64,000 bases of DNA. Origin: Candidatus Aenigmatarchaeota archaeon (GTDB lineage: Archaea > Aenigmatarchaeota > Aenigmatarchaeia > QMZP01). This document shows, in pieces, positions 39,391 to 49,035 of the stretch (its first letter is position 1; the number at the start of each line of letters is the position of its first letter). The stretch covers positions 1 through 64,000 of the forward strand of contig JBDRSV010000024.1 in the NCBI GenBank assembly GCA_043824495.1, in the 5' to 3' direction. The translations under genes were made by a program, and so were the position numbers. Below the pieces are notes generated by a model. That model did no database searches. It was not told the origin of the DNA and saw only the letters and a list, made by a program, of their open reading frames with translations.

Positions 39391-40149
39391 ATGAAACAAG
39401 GAGATTTTTTACTTATTGACTTCATAGGTAGAGTAGAGAATACAGGTGAAATATTCGATCTCACAATGGAAGATGTAGCTAAAAAGGAAGATGTCTACAT
39501 CGAAGAGCAGAAGTATGAGCCTAAGTTTGTCATAATAGGTGCAGATATGATTATCAAGGGAGTGGAAGAACACCTCCTCAAAATGAATGTGGGTGACAAA
39601 AAGAAATTTAATGTGACTTATGATAAAGCATTCGGAAAAAGAAATCCACAGCTAATTAAGATTTTCTCCTTAAACAAATTCTATGAACAGAAAATAAACC
39701 CTATGCCTGGTTTATTTGTTACTATAGATAACATGAGAGCAAGAATTCAAAGTGTTTCAGGTGGAAGAGTCAGAGTAGATTTCAATAATCCTTTATCTGG
39801 GAAAGATCTTGTCTATGAAATAACGATAATCAAACAAATCAAAGAAATCATGGAAAAGATAAAATCTCTTCTATCATACCAGAAGATGAAAGCTGAACCT
39901 AAATTAGTGGAAGACAAACTTACATTAGAAACAGAAAAGAAACTACCTCCTGTGATAGAGCACATGCTTGGTGAAACAATCAAGAAATGGGTTACAGAGG
40001 TTAAAGAAATAAAATTTGTTTTAAAAGAAGACAAACCAGCTGTCAAAAAAGAAACAAAAGCTGAAACAAAAGCTGAAACAAAAGCTGAAAAAGAACCGGA
40101 AAAAACTGAAAATGTCTCTGAAAAAGAAACAACTGAGGCTAAAGAGTAG
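39391..40149 (+). CDS. slyD: FKBP-type peptidyl-prolyl isomerase, long archaeal SlyD-like type
   Basis: GDF..IDF.GR, IFDLT, GADMIIKGVEE, AFGKR, RVRVDFNNPLSGK. Confidence 0.9.
   Translation: MKQGDFLLIDFIGRVENTGEIFDLTMEDVAKKEDVYIEEQKYEPKFVIIGADMIIKGVEEHLLKMNVGDKKKFNVTYDKAFGKRNPQLIKIFSLNKFYEQKINPMPGLFVTIDNMRARIQSVSGGRVRVDFNNPLSGKDLVYEITIIKQIKEIMEKIKSLLSYQKMKAEPKLVEDKLTLETEKKLPPVIEHMLGETIKKWVTEVKEIKFVLKEDKPAVKKETKAETKAETKAEKEPEKTENVSEKETTEAKE
40051..40090 (+). repeat. 12-bp tandem repeat (about 3.3 copies) in the FKBP tail
   Basis: GAAACAAAAGCT x3 plus GAAA, encoding ETKA-ETKA-ETKA-E. Confidence 0.85.
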
Positions 40150-40299
40150 TCTATTCTAACTGCTTTTATTTTTAGATTAAAACAAAAGAGTTCCCAGTGG
40201 ATAGTTTCCACATGAAATTTCCAAATGAAATAAACATAATCTATTAAAAACTTACTTTCATAGATATTCTTATCCGAACATGGAAATGGAGGATTTATT

Positions 40300-41394
40300 A
40301 TGACATCTAGTGGTTCTGTATTTGTTGACGAAAGATTAGGAAGAAATTACGAGACTGATGATGAGTTAAGAAAAATTCTTGAAACAAGAAAAGCTGAAAT
40401 TAAAGTAGTTGGTTGCGGTGGAGCAGGAGGCAACACAATTTCTCGTTTGATGCAAGTTGGCATTGTAGGTGCTGAAACAATTGCATTGAATACTGATGCT
40501 CAAGATTTATTATACACCGATGCAGATAAGAAGATTCTTATCGGAAGGGAAGTATCAGGCGGTTTAGGAGCTGGTGCTGATCCAAAGATTGGTAATGAGG
40601 CAGCAAAAGAATCCAAAGATGAGATCAAGAAAGCTCTTGAGGGCGCAGATATGGTTTTCATCAACTGTGGTTTAGGTGGTGGAACAGGTACGGGTTCAAG
40701 CCCACTGGTTGCTGATATTGCAAAGAAGATTGGAGCTTTAACAGTGGCTATTGTAACAATTCCATTCACAATGGAAGGAAACCAGAGAGCTAAAAACGCT
40801 CAAACAGGATTAGAGAATCTAGAAACAGTTGTTGACACTTTGATAGTAATACCAAATGACAAGCTTTTGGACATTGTTCCAGATGTTTCAGTAACTACAG
40901 CATTCAAGGTTGCTGATGAAATACTAGTAAATGCTGTAAAAGGCATTGCGGAACTGATTACAAAACCAGGTCTTGTCAACTTAGACTTTGCAGACATCAG
41001 AGCAGTTATGGGTTCTGGTGGATTAGCAATGATAGGTATGGGTGAATCTGATTCAGAAAATAGAGCAATGGAATCAGTTGAAAAAGCTTTGAGTAATCCA
41101 CTCCTAGATGTGAACATTGAAGGTGCATCTGGAGCTTTGATAAATGTTTCAGGTGGAGCTGATATAACAATCAAGGAGTGCCAAGACATAGTAGAAGGTG
41201 TGTCACAGAAGATCAGTCCAAACGCAAAGATCATCTGGGGTGCTCAAATAATTAAAGAGCTTGGAGATACAATCAGGGCAATGTTGATTGTGACAGGAGT
41301 TAAATCCTCACAAATCTATGGGCCTGAGAAAACATTCAAGCTTGAAAAACAAAGGGAGATTGAAAGGGTCTTGGGAATAGACTTTGTGGATTAA
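40300..41394 (+). CDS. ftsZ: Cell division protein FtsZ (FtsZ1-like)
   Basis: [16 protein letters not shown], tubulin signature [19 protein letters not shown]; GGAGG ribosome-binding site upstream. Confidence 0.98.
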   Translation: MTSSGSVFVDERLGRNYETDDELRKILETRKAEIKVVGCGGAGGNTISRLMQVGIVGAETIALNTDAQDLLYTDADKKILIGREVSGGLGAGADPKIGNEAAKESKDEIKKALEGADMVFINCGLGGGTGTGSSPLVADIAKKIGALTVAIVTIPFTMEGNQRAKNAQTGLENLETVVDTLIVIPNDKLLDIVPDVSVTTAFKVADEILVNAVKGIAELITKPGLVNLDFADIRAVMGSGGLAMIGMGESDSENRAMESVEKALSNPLLDVNIEGASGALINVSGGADITIKECQDIVEGVSQKISPNAKIIWGAQIIKELGDTIRAMLIVTGVKSSQIYGPEKTFKLEKQREIERVLGIDFVD

Positions 41395-41403
41395 GTGATT
41401 ATT

Positions 41404-41667
41404 ATGGCAGTAGATACAGAATTCAGACCTCAAGAAACAAAAATCAAATTCGAATTTGATGTTCCAAATGAGGTCATAAAATTTATTGAAAGACATAGTG
41501 GTAGTGAAGGCGCTATGAGAATATTCGAACAAATCTTTTCAGATGGTGTTTCAAGACACATAAACGAAATTCTACAGGATTTGAACAGCATAAAGAATTT
41601 TGCTCAGAATCCAGAAATTGGTTTAAGAAAAACACAGTCAAGATCTGACCCTCAACCTTTTGTTTAA
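41404..41667 (+). CDS. Hypothetical protein downstream of ftsZ
   Basis: ORF directly after the ftsZ stop; ATG 41404 preceded by GTGAT. No recognised motif. Confidence 0.55.
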   Translation: MAVDTEFRPQETKIKFEFDVPNEVIKFIERHSGSEGAMRIFEQIFSDGVSRHINEILQDLNSIKNFAQNPEIGLRKTQSRSDPQPFV

Positions 41668-42776
41668 TTTTCTAATCGTACGCCTTTTCTGTCCAATGTA
41701 GCGTCAATTATGTAGAAGTCGGCTTTTTTCCACTTCTCTTTAACTTCTTCAGATATTTTCTTATCGAAACTGATAGATATACCACAATCTCCACCACCAG
41801 CACCAGAAAGCTTGCCAGCAGCTCCACAGCCATTAGCTATTTCAGAAAGTAATCTAAGATCAGGTGTCTCTATAGGAACATCAGACTTCATACTGAGCTC
41901 CCTCAGATAATGTTCATTCTTCTTTATACAATCTAATATACCCTGCTTATCTCCTTGTTTCCAATGAGAAATCAATTGTTTCACTGTTCCTGATATGGCA
42001 TCATAGAGCATTTTGTATTCATCTCCATGTTTCTCCTTGAATCCTTTCATTTGTTTAACCATAGCAGATGTTGATGCAGACTTCTTTGTCCATCCTATGT
42101 CTAATATGAAATCCTCTGGGATTTCAAGCTCTTCTATGTATAACCCAGGCCATTTATCTTTAACTATATTCTTTATCGTTCTTCCCGTTTCTATTGCTTC
42201 TTCAAGCCAGTTTGGATCAAATCTCTTGTAAATAAAAATTCCACCGAATGTAGAAGCTGCAACATCAAAGGCAGATCCGACTTTACCTTGTGCGAAATAA
42301 TGAGCTATAGTAGATAATTTGTATATCACATTTTTTGTTTCTCTTTTTGTGATATCATGACCATGTAAAGCTAGAATAGATGACACAGTGGATACAACAG
42401 AAGCAGCAGATGAGCCGAAACCAATCTTCTTCTTCTCTCCATCAACTTCCAATTGGGACATTTCACCCCATGAAACAATATGAAATTTTTCAAATTCGCC
42501 TAGATATCTAAGTGTAGTCTCTATAGCACCTTTCATGAAAACAAGAATATCCTTTTCATCTTTTTGAGCATTTTGCCATTCTATATTTGCTCCATCAAAA
42601 GTAGCCCTTATATCTTTGATCCCAAAGTCTTCAACAGTAACGGAGATATCTTCTTCCTTTTTTATCTCACAAAAAACTTTCTTATCAACTGCAGCAACTA
42701 ATCCTGTGTTGCCTAATTCCAGAATTGCCCATTCTCCAGACAAAAACATCTTACCTGGTGATGCTATTTTCAACAT
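41664..42776 (-). CDS. mvaK2: Phosphomevalonate kinase (GHMP, ERG8/Gram-positive type)
   Basis: SPGKMFLSGEWAIL, KIGFGSSAA, GSAFDVAASTFGG, KLSGAGGGDCGI; 1-nt overlap with the mvk stop. Confidence 0.88.
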   Translation of the reverse strand: MLKIASPGKMFLSGEWAILELGNTGLVAAVDKKVFCEIKKEEDISVTVEDFGIKDIRATFDGANIEWQNAQKDEKDILVFMKGAIETTLRYLGEFEKFHIVSWGEMSQLEVDGEKKKIGFGSSAASVVSTVSSILALHGHDITKRETKNVIYKLSTIAHYFAQGKVGSAFDVAASTFGGIFIYKRFDPNWLEEAIETGRTIKNIVKDKWPGLYIEELEIPEDFILDIGWTKKSASTSAMVKQMKGFKEKHGDEYKMLYDAISGTVKQLISHWKQGDKQGILDCIKKNEHYLRELSMKSDVPIETPDLRLLSEIANGCGAAGKLSGAGGGDCGISISFDKKISEEVKEKWKKADFYIIDATLDRKGVRLEN

Positions 42777-43705
42777 TACCCACCTATACTTGTTTTAATG
42801 GTTTTGAATCCCTTTTCTTCCATTATACTTGATATTTTTTCTTGTGTTTCTTCATCTGGAACCAAAGCGACCATGTATCCTCCGAGACCGCCACCGGTCA
42901 TCTTAGCTCCTATTGCTCCGTTTTCTTTAGCCAGAGCAACCAACATATCGAGCTCAGGAGAAGATACTCCGATATCTTGGAGTAACTTATGATTATCATC
43001 CATCAGCTTACCTACTTTCTGGGAATCGCCCTCTTCTAATGCTGTTCTAGCCTCTTGAACAAGAGCTTTTGCTTGATCGAATATTTGATTGTATTTCTCA
43101 GGGTTTTTTTCTTTCCTTTCTGCAACTCCTGCAACAGCTGCTTTTGTGTTTGCAACTATTCCAGTATTTCCCATAACTATAAGCATTGGCTTTTCTGTTT
43201 TGATCCTATCCATGACAGGAGGAGTTCCTTTCACAAACCAAATTAAACTACCATAAGTAGCTGCTGTATTATCAATACCTGAAGGAGTTCCATGATATCC
43301 CTTTTCTCCTTCGTAAGCTATTTCATTGATTTTTTCATCATCAAGATTTAGATTAAACTCCTCTGATAGCGCTCTTGCTATTGCTGCGCAAGAAGCAGCA
43401 GAAGATCCTACTCCACTAGCGGCTACGAGGTCTCCACCCAAAACAATCTTTAGGCCTGTTTCTTCTACATTTATTCCGACTTTTTGTAATATTTTGTTAT
43501 TAGAATCTGCTTGTTGTTCGAATTTTTCCTTCTTGTAACCTGGTATTTCAGGTCTTTTGTCTTCCAATTCGAATCCAGATCCTTCCTTTTTAATTGCTAT
43601 TGCGGTTGTTTTTGAGTTAATAGCTGATGCTATTGAAGGCACTCCATGCACAACAAAGTGTTCACCGAATAATATAACCTTACCAAAACCGTATCCTTTA
43701 CCCAT
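42776..43705 (-). CDS. mvk: Mevalonate kinase
   Basis: GKVILFGEHFVVHG, GVGSSAA, HGTPSGIDN, AKMTGGGLGG; GGTGAT ribosome-binding site. Confidence 0.93.
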   Translation of the reverse strand: MGKGYGFGKVILFGEHFVVHGVPSIASAINSKTTAIAIKKEGSGFELEDKRPEIPGYKKEKFEQQADSNNKILQKVGINVEETGLKIVLGGDLVAASGVGSSAASCAAIARALSEEFNLNLDDEKINEIAYEGEKGYHGTPSGIDNTAATYGSLIWFVKGTPPVMDRIKTEKPMLIVMGNTGIVANTKAAVAGVAERKEKNPEKYNQIFDQAKALVQEARTALEEGDSQKVGKLMDDNHKLLQDIGVSSPELDMLVALAKENGAIGAKMTGGGLGGYMVALVPDEETQEKISSIMEEKGFKTIKTSIGG

Positions 43706-43789
43706 GATATCACCTGTATGTGTGTTTATTTTAATCTTTATAAAACTTATGTTACCACATAATAGTAATATGCGATAATATGAGATGAG

Positions 43790-44170
43790 TTAGTCTAAAT
43801 ACTCATCAAGTATTCTTAAAAAGAATGCTGCAACATTGTTTTTCTTCTTGATCTCTTCTTTTGTGAACCATCCATGATCAGCTGCCTCTGCGCTTAGAAC
43901 AAGATCACCCTTCAATTTACATAGGAAAACGTGACACATGTGGTGATGATCTTCTTCTACTGTGTGCTTGAGTACTCCAAGCTCTTTTATGATCTCAACA
44001 CCACCTAGCTCTTCCTGTCCTTCTCTTATAGCTGCTTGTTCTGATGTTTCTCCTTCATCCACGTGTCCACCAGGACTCTCCCATCTACCTATATTTGGAG
44101 GATGAGATCTCTGAATAAGAAGAAATTTACCATCATTTTCTATTACTAACGTGGCTGTATCATGTATCAT
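43790..44170 (-). CDS. Nudix hydrolase
   Basis: Canonical Nudix box GGHVDEGETSEQAAIREGQEELG; ATGA overlap with the HAD gene. Confidence 0.92.
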   Translation of the reverse strand: MIHDTATLVIENDGKFLLIQRSHPPNIGRWESPGGHVDEGETSEQAAIREGQEELGGVEIIKELGVLKHTVEEDHHHMCHVFLCKLKGDLVLSAEAADHGWFTKEEIKKKNNVAAFFLRILDEYLD

Positions 44171-44802
44171 AACATATCCTTTAATTCTCTGATATTATTA
44201 AGAACTGTCTCTGCACCTGCTTTTTCTAATTCTTCCTTAGAATCTCTACCAGTCGCAATTAATATAATATTCATATTAGCTGCTTTTGCAGCTTTAATAT
44301 CTATGAGAGAGTCTCCAACATATACACATTCATCTACAGGCAAACCTAGATCTTCAGCTGCTTTTAGAAGAGCATCTGGAGAAGGTTTGGGATTTTTTAT
44401 TTGTCCACTGAATATCATTACTTTAAACATGTCTTTCAATTTTTGTGGAAATAGAGGATCAAATTTATCTTTGCTGGAGTTTGTTACTATTGATAACACA
44501 TACTTCTGAGATAGGTAAGAAAGAACGTCTTCTACACCATCAAAAAGAATATTAGTGTCACCAACTTCTTCTATGTAATACTTGCCAGTCAGATTTCTCA
44601 ATAATTTTATGTCTTCTTGGTTTATGTCTTCCTTTCCTAGAATTCTTTTCATTTTTTCTATGGGAGACAAGGATATCCAATTCCCTATATCTTCCATAGT
44701 TACATTAGATCCAACTTCCTTTGCAGCCTTGTAATAAGCAGATTCATGGAACCTTAAATCATCTACAAGAGTTCCATTATAATCGAAAATGATAGCTTTC
44801 AT
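44167..44802 (-). CDS. HAD-family phosphatase
   Basis: IIFDYNGTLVD, IVTN, KPSPD and YVGDSLID. Confidence 0.92.
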   Translation of the reverse strand: MKAIIFDYNGTLVDDLRFHESAYYKAAKEVGSNVTMEDIGNWISLSPIEKMKRILGKEDINQEDIKLLRNLTGKYYIEEVGDTNILFDGVEDVLSYLSQKYVLSIVTNSSKDKFDPLFPQKLKDMFKVMIFSGQIKNPKPSPDALLKAAEDLGLPVDECVYVGDSLIDIKAAKAANMNIILIATGRDSKEELEKAGAETVLNNIRELKDML

Positions 44803-44804
44803 AA

Positions 44805-45788
44805 TTAGAATAAATGATCATCTACAAGCCTTGCTTCCCCGCCAGGTTTGCATACAAGAACCTTTTCTATCCCTTTTATCTTGGATAATCTTTTTCCAAT
44901 TTCTTTTACATCTTTCTCTAAACACATTATCTTAACCTGAGGACCAGCATCGATTGTGAAGTAGCTTTCCAATCCTTCTTCTCTCCAGTCCATTACAGAA
45001 TGAATAACTCTCATAGTAACATCATTCCAGTAGATTATTGGAGGTTTTGTTGTCATCATGGTTGCATGCATTTTCAAACAATTATATTCGGCTGTCTCCC
45101 CAACTTTTGTGAAATTCTTTTCTTTTATCCCCTCTCTCACTTTATCTAAATCTTCATTCACAGTTTTTAGCCATCCATCATAATAAGGACACGTTGCAAC
45201 AGTTTGAGACATTCCTGCTCTACTTTTTACTTTTTTTTCTTTTGTTGATGTGATAACAGTAACAATTCTAAATTCTTTCCAGAAATTCTCGTCAGCTATT
45301 TGTACACCAAAAGAATCACTTCCGTCTTCTTTCTCTCCTTTAATCCATTCTACAAAACCGCCTTCTACAGATCTACTTGCAGATCCAGATCCTCTTCTAG
45401 AAAGAATTGAAAGTTCTTTTTTGTCTAAATTCAAGCCAGCAGCTTTTGCTCCTGCAACAGACAATGCGGCTAAACCAGACGCAGAAGAAGCTAATCCAGC
45501 AGCTACAGGAAAATTTCCTTTAGAAACTATCTTAGCTTTGTCTTTTATTCCAGCCATTTCTCTGATAACATCTAAATGGTCTAAAGTGCTAGCGCTTTCT
45601 AGTTCTTCTCCGTTGAGAATGAAAACATCCTTCTCATACTTAGGATCAAATTCGACAGTGGTATGAGTATTCAAATCACCTAGAGTCAAGGATATACTAC
45701 CATTATTAGGAAGCATAAGCTTTTTGTCCCTCTTTCCCCAATACTTAACCAATGCTATATTGGCATTAGCAATTGCTGTTGCTTTCAT
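44805..45788 (-). CDS. mvaD: Diphosphomevalonate decarboxylase
   Basis: ANANIALVKYWGK, GLASSASG, SGSASRS, KVKSRAGM, FTIDAGPQVK. Start placed at MKATA (45788). Confidence 0.92.
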   Translation of the reverse strand: MKATAIANANIALVKYWGKRDKKLMLPNNGSISLTLGDLNTHTTVEFDPKYEKDVFILNGEELESASTLDHLDVIREMAGIKDKAKIVSKGNFPVAAGLASSASGLAALSVAGAKAAGLNLDKKELSILSRRGSGSASRSVEGGFVEWIKGEKEDGSDSFGVQIADENFWKEFRIVTVITSTKEKKVKSRAGMSQTVATCPYYDGWLKTVNEDLDKVREGIKEKNFTKVGETAEYNCLKMHATMMTTKPPIIYWNDVTMRVIHSVMDWREEGLESYFTIDAGPQVKIMCLEKDVKEIGKRLSKIKGIEKVLVCKPGGEARLVDDHLF

Positions 45789-45835
45789 ACAATTCACTTT
45801 TATTTGTAATTATTATAATAAACATTTAAAAGTCT

Positions 45836-45908
45836 GCCCCGGTGGCTCAGTCGGTAGAGCGTTGCATTGGTAATGCAGAGGTCGCGGGTTCAATTCCCGC
45901 CTGGGGCT
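45836..45908 (+). tRNA. tRNA-Thr (anticodon GGT), no intron, CCA not encoded
   Basis: Cloverleaf: acceptor GCCCCGG/CTGGGGC, D arm GCTC/GAGC, anticodon arm TTGCA-TTGGTAA-TGCAG, T arm GCGGG-TTCAATT-CCCGC. Confidence 0.97.
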
Positions 45909-46121
45909 CTGCAATGTTTATAAATAAATGAATCAACTATAGCAATATGTCATAACCCCGATGTGGGACAGTTTGTTGACTAGTTAACAAATTGCGCAAA
46001 GTCGTGAGGTAATGGCATCCTGGTAGGCTCCAATCGTCTCGATATGGAGATATGAGAAGGTTTTTTGACTTTCGGATGATAAGAAGAAACCTGCTTATGG
46101 GGGTTCGACTGGCTCTTTTCT

Positions 46122-47345
46122 GTGCGAGCAGAAAACGGTACGGAAGTCCCCTCGACCCCACCTTACTCAGACTTGAAATCTCTTAAGTCTTCTGTAGTCA
46201 GTTCTGAGTCTTCAGACTGGGACATATACAATACTATACGACGGTATACTAACCATCTAAACAAAATACCACACTGGGATACAGCTGAAAATAACAAAGA
46301 ACTGATTCTAAATTTCTTGAAAAAGACAGAGATAGAAGGCATTGGACTAGTGCAAAGAGTCAAGTATGTGGATGCATTTCGTACCCTACTAACCGCTGTT
46401 AACAAAGATATGACCAAATTCACAGGTAAAGATCTGGAAGAATTCCTCTATCACATGAGAATCTACAAACCAAAAACAAGGCATACACGGTGGTACTCCA
46501 TAAAGAAATTCTTTAGGTACATAGACAAGAAGGACATCTACAACAACATAGAGCCCCATTTTGACAAGAAAGGAATGAAACTACCTGAAGAATTGCTAAC
46601 AGAAGATGACATCAAAAAGATGATTTCAGCAGCCAATAACATAAGAGATAAGGCTCTGATATCGGTTTTATACGAATCGGGTGCTAGAATAGGTGAACTC
46701 CTGACTAGAAGAAGAAAACACATCACATTCGACGATTATGGAGCAGTCATGACTGTGGATGGAAAGATAGGCATGAGGAGAGTAAGGCTAATACACTCTG
46801 TTCCTCTTCTAGCTAACTGGATGGAGAATCATCCAAAGAGAGATGATGACAATGTATTCCTTTGGATTAGTATGAATGATTATACAAATCCAGTCAAGTA
46901 CATGGCTATAGCCAATATGCTCAAGCTAACAGCCAAACATGCAGGAATAAAGAAGCGGATATATCCACATATATTCAGACATAGTAGAGCAACCTACATG
47001 GCCAACAAACTAACAGAACAACAACTAAAAGTATACTTCGGTTGGACTGGAGATAGTGCAATGGCTTCTACATATGTTCATCTATCAGGTAGAGATGTGG
47101 ATAACGCAATCTTGGAACTTAATGGAATAAAGGAGAAGACAGAAGAGAATGGAAACGGCTTCAAGGTAAAGAACTGTCCAAGGTGCAGAGTTAACTCTGA
47201 CCCCTCATCAAAATACTGTAATAGATGTGGTATGGTATTGGATGATAACGAAGCCTTTGATTTGAAAGATTTAACCTCAAATGAAGACTTCAAAGTCTTC
47301 CTACAAGAAGCATTCGTAAAATGGAAAGGTTCAAGAGTGGTTTAA
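46122..47345 (+). CDS. Tyrosine recombinase/integrase with C-terminal zinc ribbon (start uncertain)
   Basis: Complete catalytic set: YESGARIGEL (R), DGKIG (K), PHIFRHSRAT (HxxR), FGW, STYVHL (Y); then CPRC...YCNRCG. Lies about 210 bp downstream of tRNA-Thr. Confidence 0.92.
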   Translation: MRAENGTEVPSTPPYSDLKSLKSSVVSSESSDWDIYNTIRRYTNHLNKIPHWDTAENNKELILNFLKKTEIEGIGLVQRVKYVDAFRTLLTAVNKDMTKFTGKDLEEFLYHMRIYKPKTRHTRWYSIKKFFRYIDKKDIYNNIEPHFDKKGMKLPEELLTEDDIKKMISAANNIRDKALISVLYESGARIGELLTRRRKHITFDDYGAVMTVDGKIGMRRVRLIHSVPLLANWMENHPKRDDDNVFLWISMNDYTNPVKYMAIANMLKLTAKHAGIKKRIYPHIFRHSRATYMANKLTEQQLKVYFGWTGDSAMASTYVHLSGRDVDNAILELNGIKEKTEENGNGFKVKNCPRCRVNSDPSSKYCNRCGMVLDDNEAFDLKDLTSNEDFKVFLQEAFVKWKGSRVV

Positions 47346-47350
47346 TCTTT
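47032..47350 (+). repeat. Left copy of a ~319-bp direct repeat (integrase 3' end)
   Basis: Aligns with 49255-49573 at offset 2223; about 20 mismatches by hand count. Confidence 0.93.
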
Positions 47351-47423
47351 GGGAATTAATAATCAAACTTTTCGATTTAAATGATTATTCCTATCACTAT
47401 ATCCCGTTAAATAGACAATACAA

Positions 47424-47455
47424 ACCAGATTTGCGATATTTCACACAAATCTGGT
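47424..47455 (-). terminator. Inverted repeat just downstream of pepD, possible intrinsic terminator
   Basis: Perfect 10-bp stem ACCAGATTTG / CAAATCTGGT with a 12-nt loop, 20 nt beyond the pepD stop. Confidence 0.5.
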
Positions 47456-47475
47456 ACTGTTGGTATTGTAATAGA

Positions 47476-49035
47476 TCACTTCGCCAGTGCAGGTAAGAGA
47501 CAATACAGGAAAAGATAGATATCTGCAACTGAGGAAACCAGTAGTCTCTCGTTTGCGGTGTGAAGATTCTCGATTGTTGGACCTGTCGCGATGATGTTCA
47601 TCCCAGGATACTCACCGGATATCACTCCACACTCGACGCCTGCATGCACTGCAGTGATAGTCACTGAGTCACGTGGTGTTAGGTAATCGTTGTGTAGATC
47701 GTTCCAGGTTTTCCCTGCAATTTCGAGTAGAGGCGAATCAACTGGCTCCCAGTTTGGGAATGGAGAACCGAGACTTGCTTCTGCACCGAACCTCTGACTG
47801 ATATCGGTTATCACTTCTTTCAGTGAGTCGAGGTCAGACATGGAGAACGACCGAGTCAGCATCGAAACTGTGAGAGTATCGCTGTCAATCTTCACGCACA
47901 TGTTGGAAGATGTTTGTGGAATTCCTTCCAGATGTGACATGGAAATGACACCGTTAGGCAGACTCAGGATCATATCGATCATGTTTTGTGTTGCTCCATG
48001 ATACGAGATACTTGATTGAGGATTTAATCTCGTCAACTCCATCTTGAAATTAGGATCGGTCGTTGGCACAAATTCCGCTACAAAGTCTTTCAAGATTCGC
48101 CAGAAAGTATCTTCGATATCTCGAACTTCGGCTGGAGTAGCGAAAATGGCTGTTGCCGTGACTGGAATGGCATTGGATCTCTCACCGGCTTCCATACTGA
48201 GAAGAGTGATTGGAAACTGAGAGGAATATTCTTTCAGAACTCGAGCCATGATCACTGCTGCATTTCCGCGACCGTGAACGATATCCACCCCGGAATGTCC
48301 ACCTGTCAGTCCAGAGATATTCAGCTTCCATTCCCACATATCATTCTGTTTGGCGAGTGGAGGGAGAGGCAGAGTAATAGTGGAGCCGAAACCACCAGCA
48401 GATCCTGTGTAGATAACCCCAATCATCTCTCCGTCGAGATTGATCATGTACTCTGCTAAGAGTTTCAGATCGAGGTTGAAAGCACCGATGAGACCATTCT
48501 CCTCCTGGACGGTGAACAGAAGTTCAAGAGGTCCATGCTCGATGAGTTCATACTCTACAGGAATCGCTATTGTCAGTGCTATTGCAATTCCAATCCCGTT
48601 GTCAGCTCCAATGGTGGTTCCCTCTGCGCTCAGCCATTCATTGTCCAGTACCAGTTTGAGTGGGAATCCCGTGGAATCGAATTCCTTTCCAGCATCATCC
48701 AGACATACCATATCCAAATGAGCCTGGAGAGCAACGACAGGTGCGTTTTTAAATCCTCGAGTTGCCGGCACATGGACGAGCAGATTCCCGATGGTATCCT
48801 GTTGGGTTTCCCATCCATGTTCATCTGCAATTGAGCAGATCCAGTCAGCGAGTGCTTGCTCGTGACCCGGACAGTGTGGAATCGCGCTGATTTCCTCGAA
48901 GAGGTTAAAAGCCCTGTGATGTTTGTACACATCTACTGGATTGATTTCTCCGTACTCGCTTGCTGATCCTATGCTCGGTAACAAGACCAAGCAAAGACCC
49001 AAGCAGACTAAAAGAACGGTCTTTCTCGAGGTCAT
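47476..49035 (-). CDS. pepD: Aminoacyl-histidine dipeptidase (PepD, M20C) with a predicted signal peptide; compositionally foreign
   Basis: LQAHLDMVC, IGADNGIG, LFTVQEENGL, INLDGE, HAGVECG, GPTIENLH; hydrophobic N-terminus ending IGSA; GGGGAG ribosome-binding site; visibly more GC-rich than the flanks. Confidence 0.9.
   Translation of the reverse strand: MTSRKTVLLVCLGLCLVLLPSIGSASEYGEINPVDVYKHHRAFNLFEEISAIPHCPGHEQALADWICSIADEHGWETQQDTIGNLLVHVPATRGFKNAPVVALQAHLDMVCLDDAGKEFDSTGFPLKLVLDNEWLSAEGTTIGADNGIGIAIALTIAIPVEYELIEHGPLELLFTVQEENGLIGAFNLDLKLLAEYMINLDGEMIGVIYTGSAGGFGSTITLPLPPLAKQNDMWEWKLNISGLTGGHSGVDIVHGRGNAAVIMARVLKEYSSQFPITLLSMEAGERSNAIPVTATAIFATPAEVRDIEDTFWRILKDFVAEFVPTTDPNFKMELTRLNPQSSISYHGATQNMIDMILSLPNGVISMSHLEGIPQTSSNMCVKIDSDTLTVSMLTRSFSMSDLDSLKEVITDISQRFGAEASLGSPFPNWEPVDSPLLEIAGKTWNDLHNDYLTPRDSVTITAVHAGVECGVISGEYPGMNIIATGPTIENLHTANERLLVSSVADIYLFLYCLLPALAK

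Noticed and set aside
43790-44170. Type 1 IPP isomerase (Nudix-fold IDI)
   Set aside because: It has a canonical Nudix box and lacks the IDI1 HxAFS and CCSHP-type motifs; it is also too short.
46081-46165. tmRNA, RNase P RNA, SRP RNA or a second tRNA
   Set aside because: Short look-alike motifs (GGAAGTCC, TTCGA, GAGCAG) are in the wrong order or lack pairing partners; kept only as an unclassified structured region.
46122-47345. Integron integrase (IntI)
   Set aside because: No evident IntI-specific insertion between the Lys patch and HxxR; a C-terminal zinc ribbon typical of archaeal tRNA-associated integrases is present; no canonical AAC/GTT attC.
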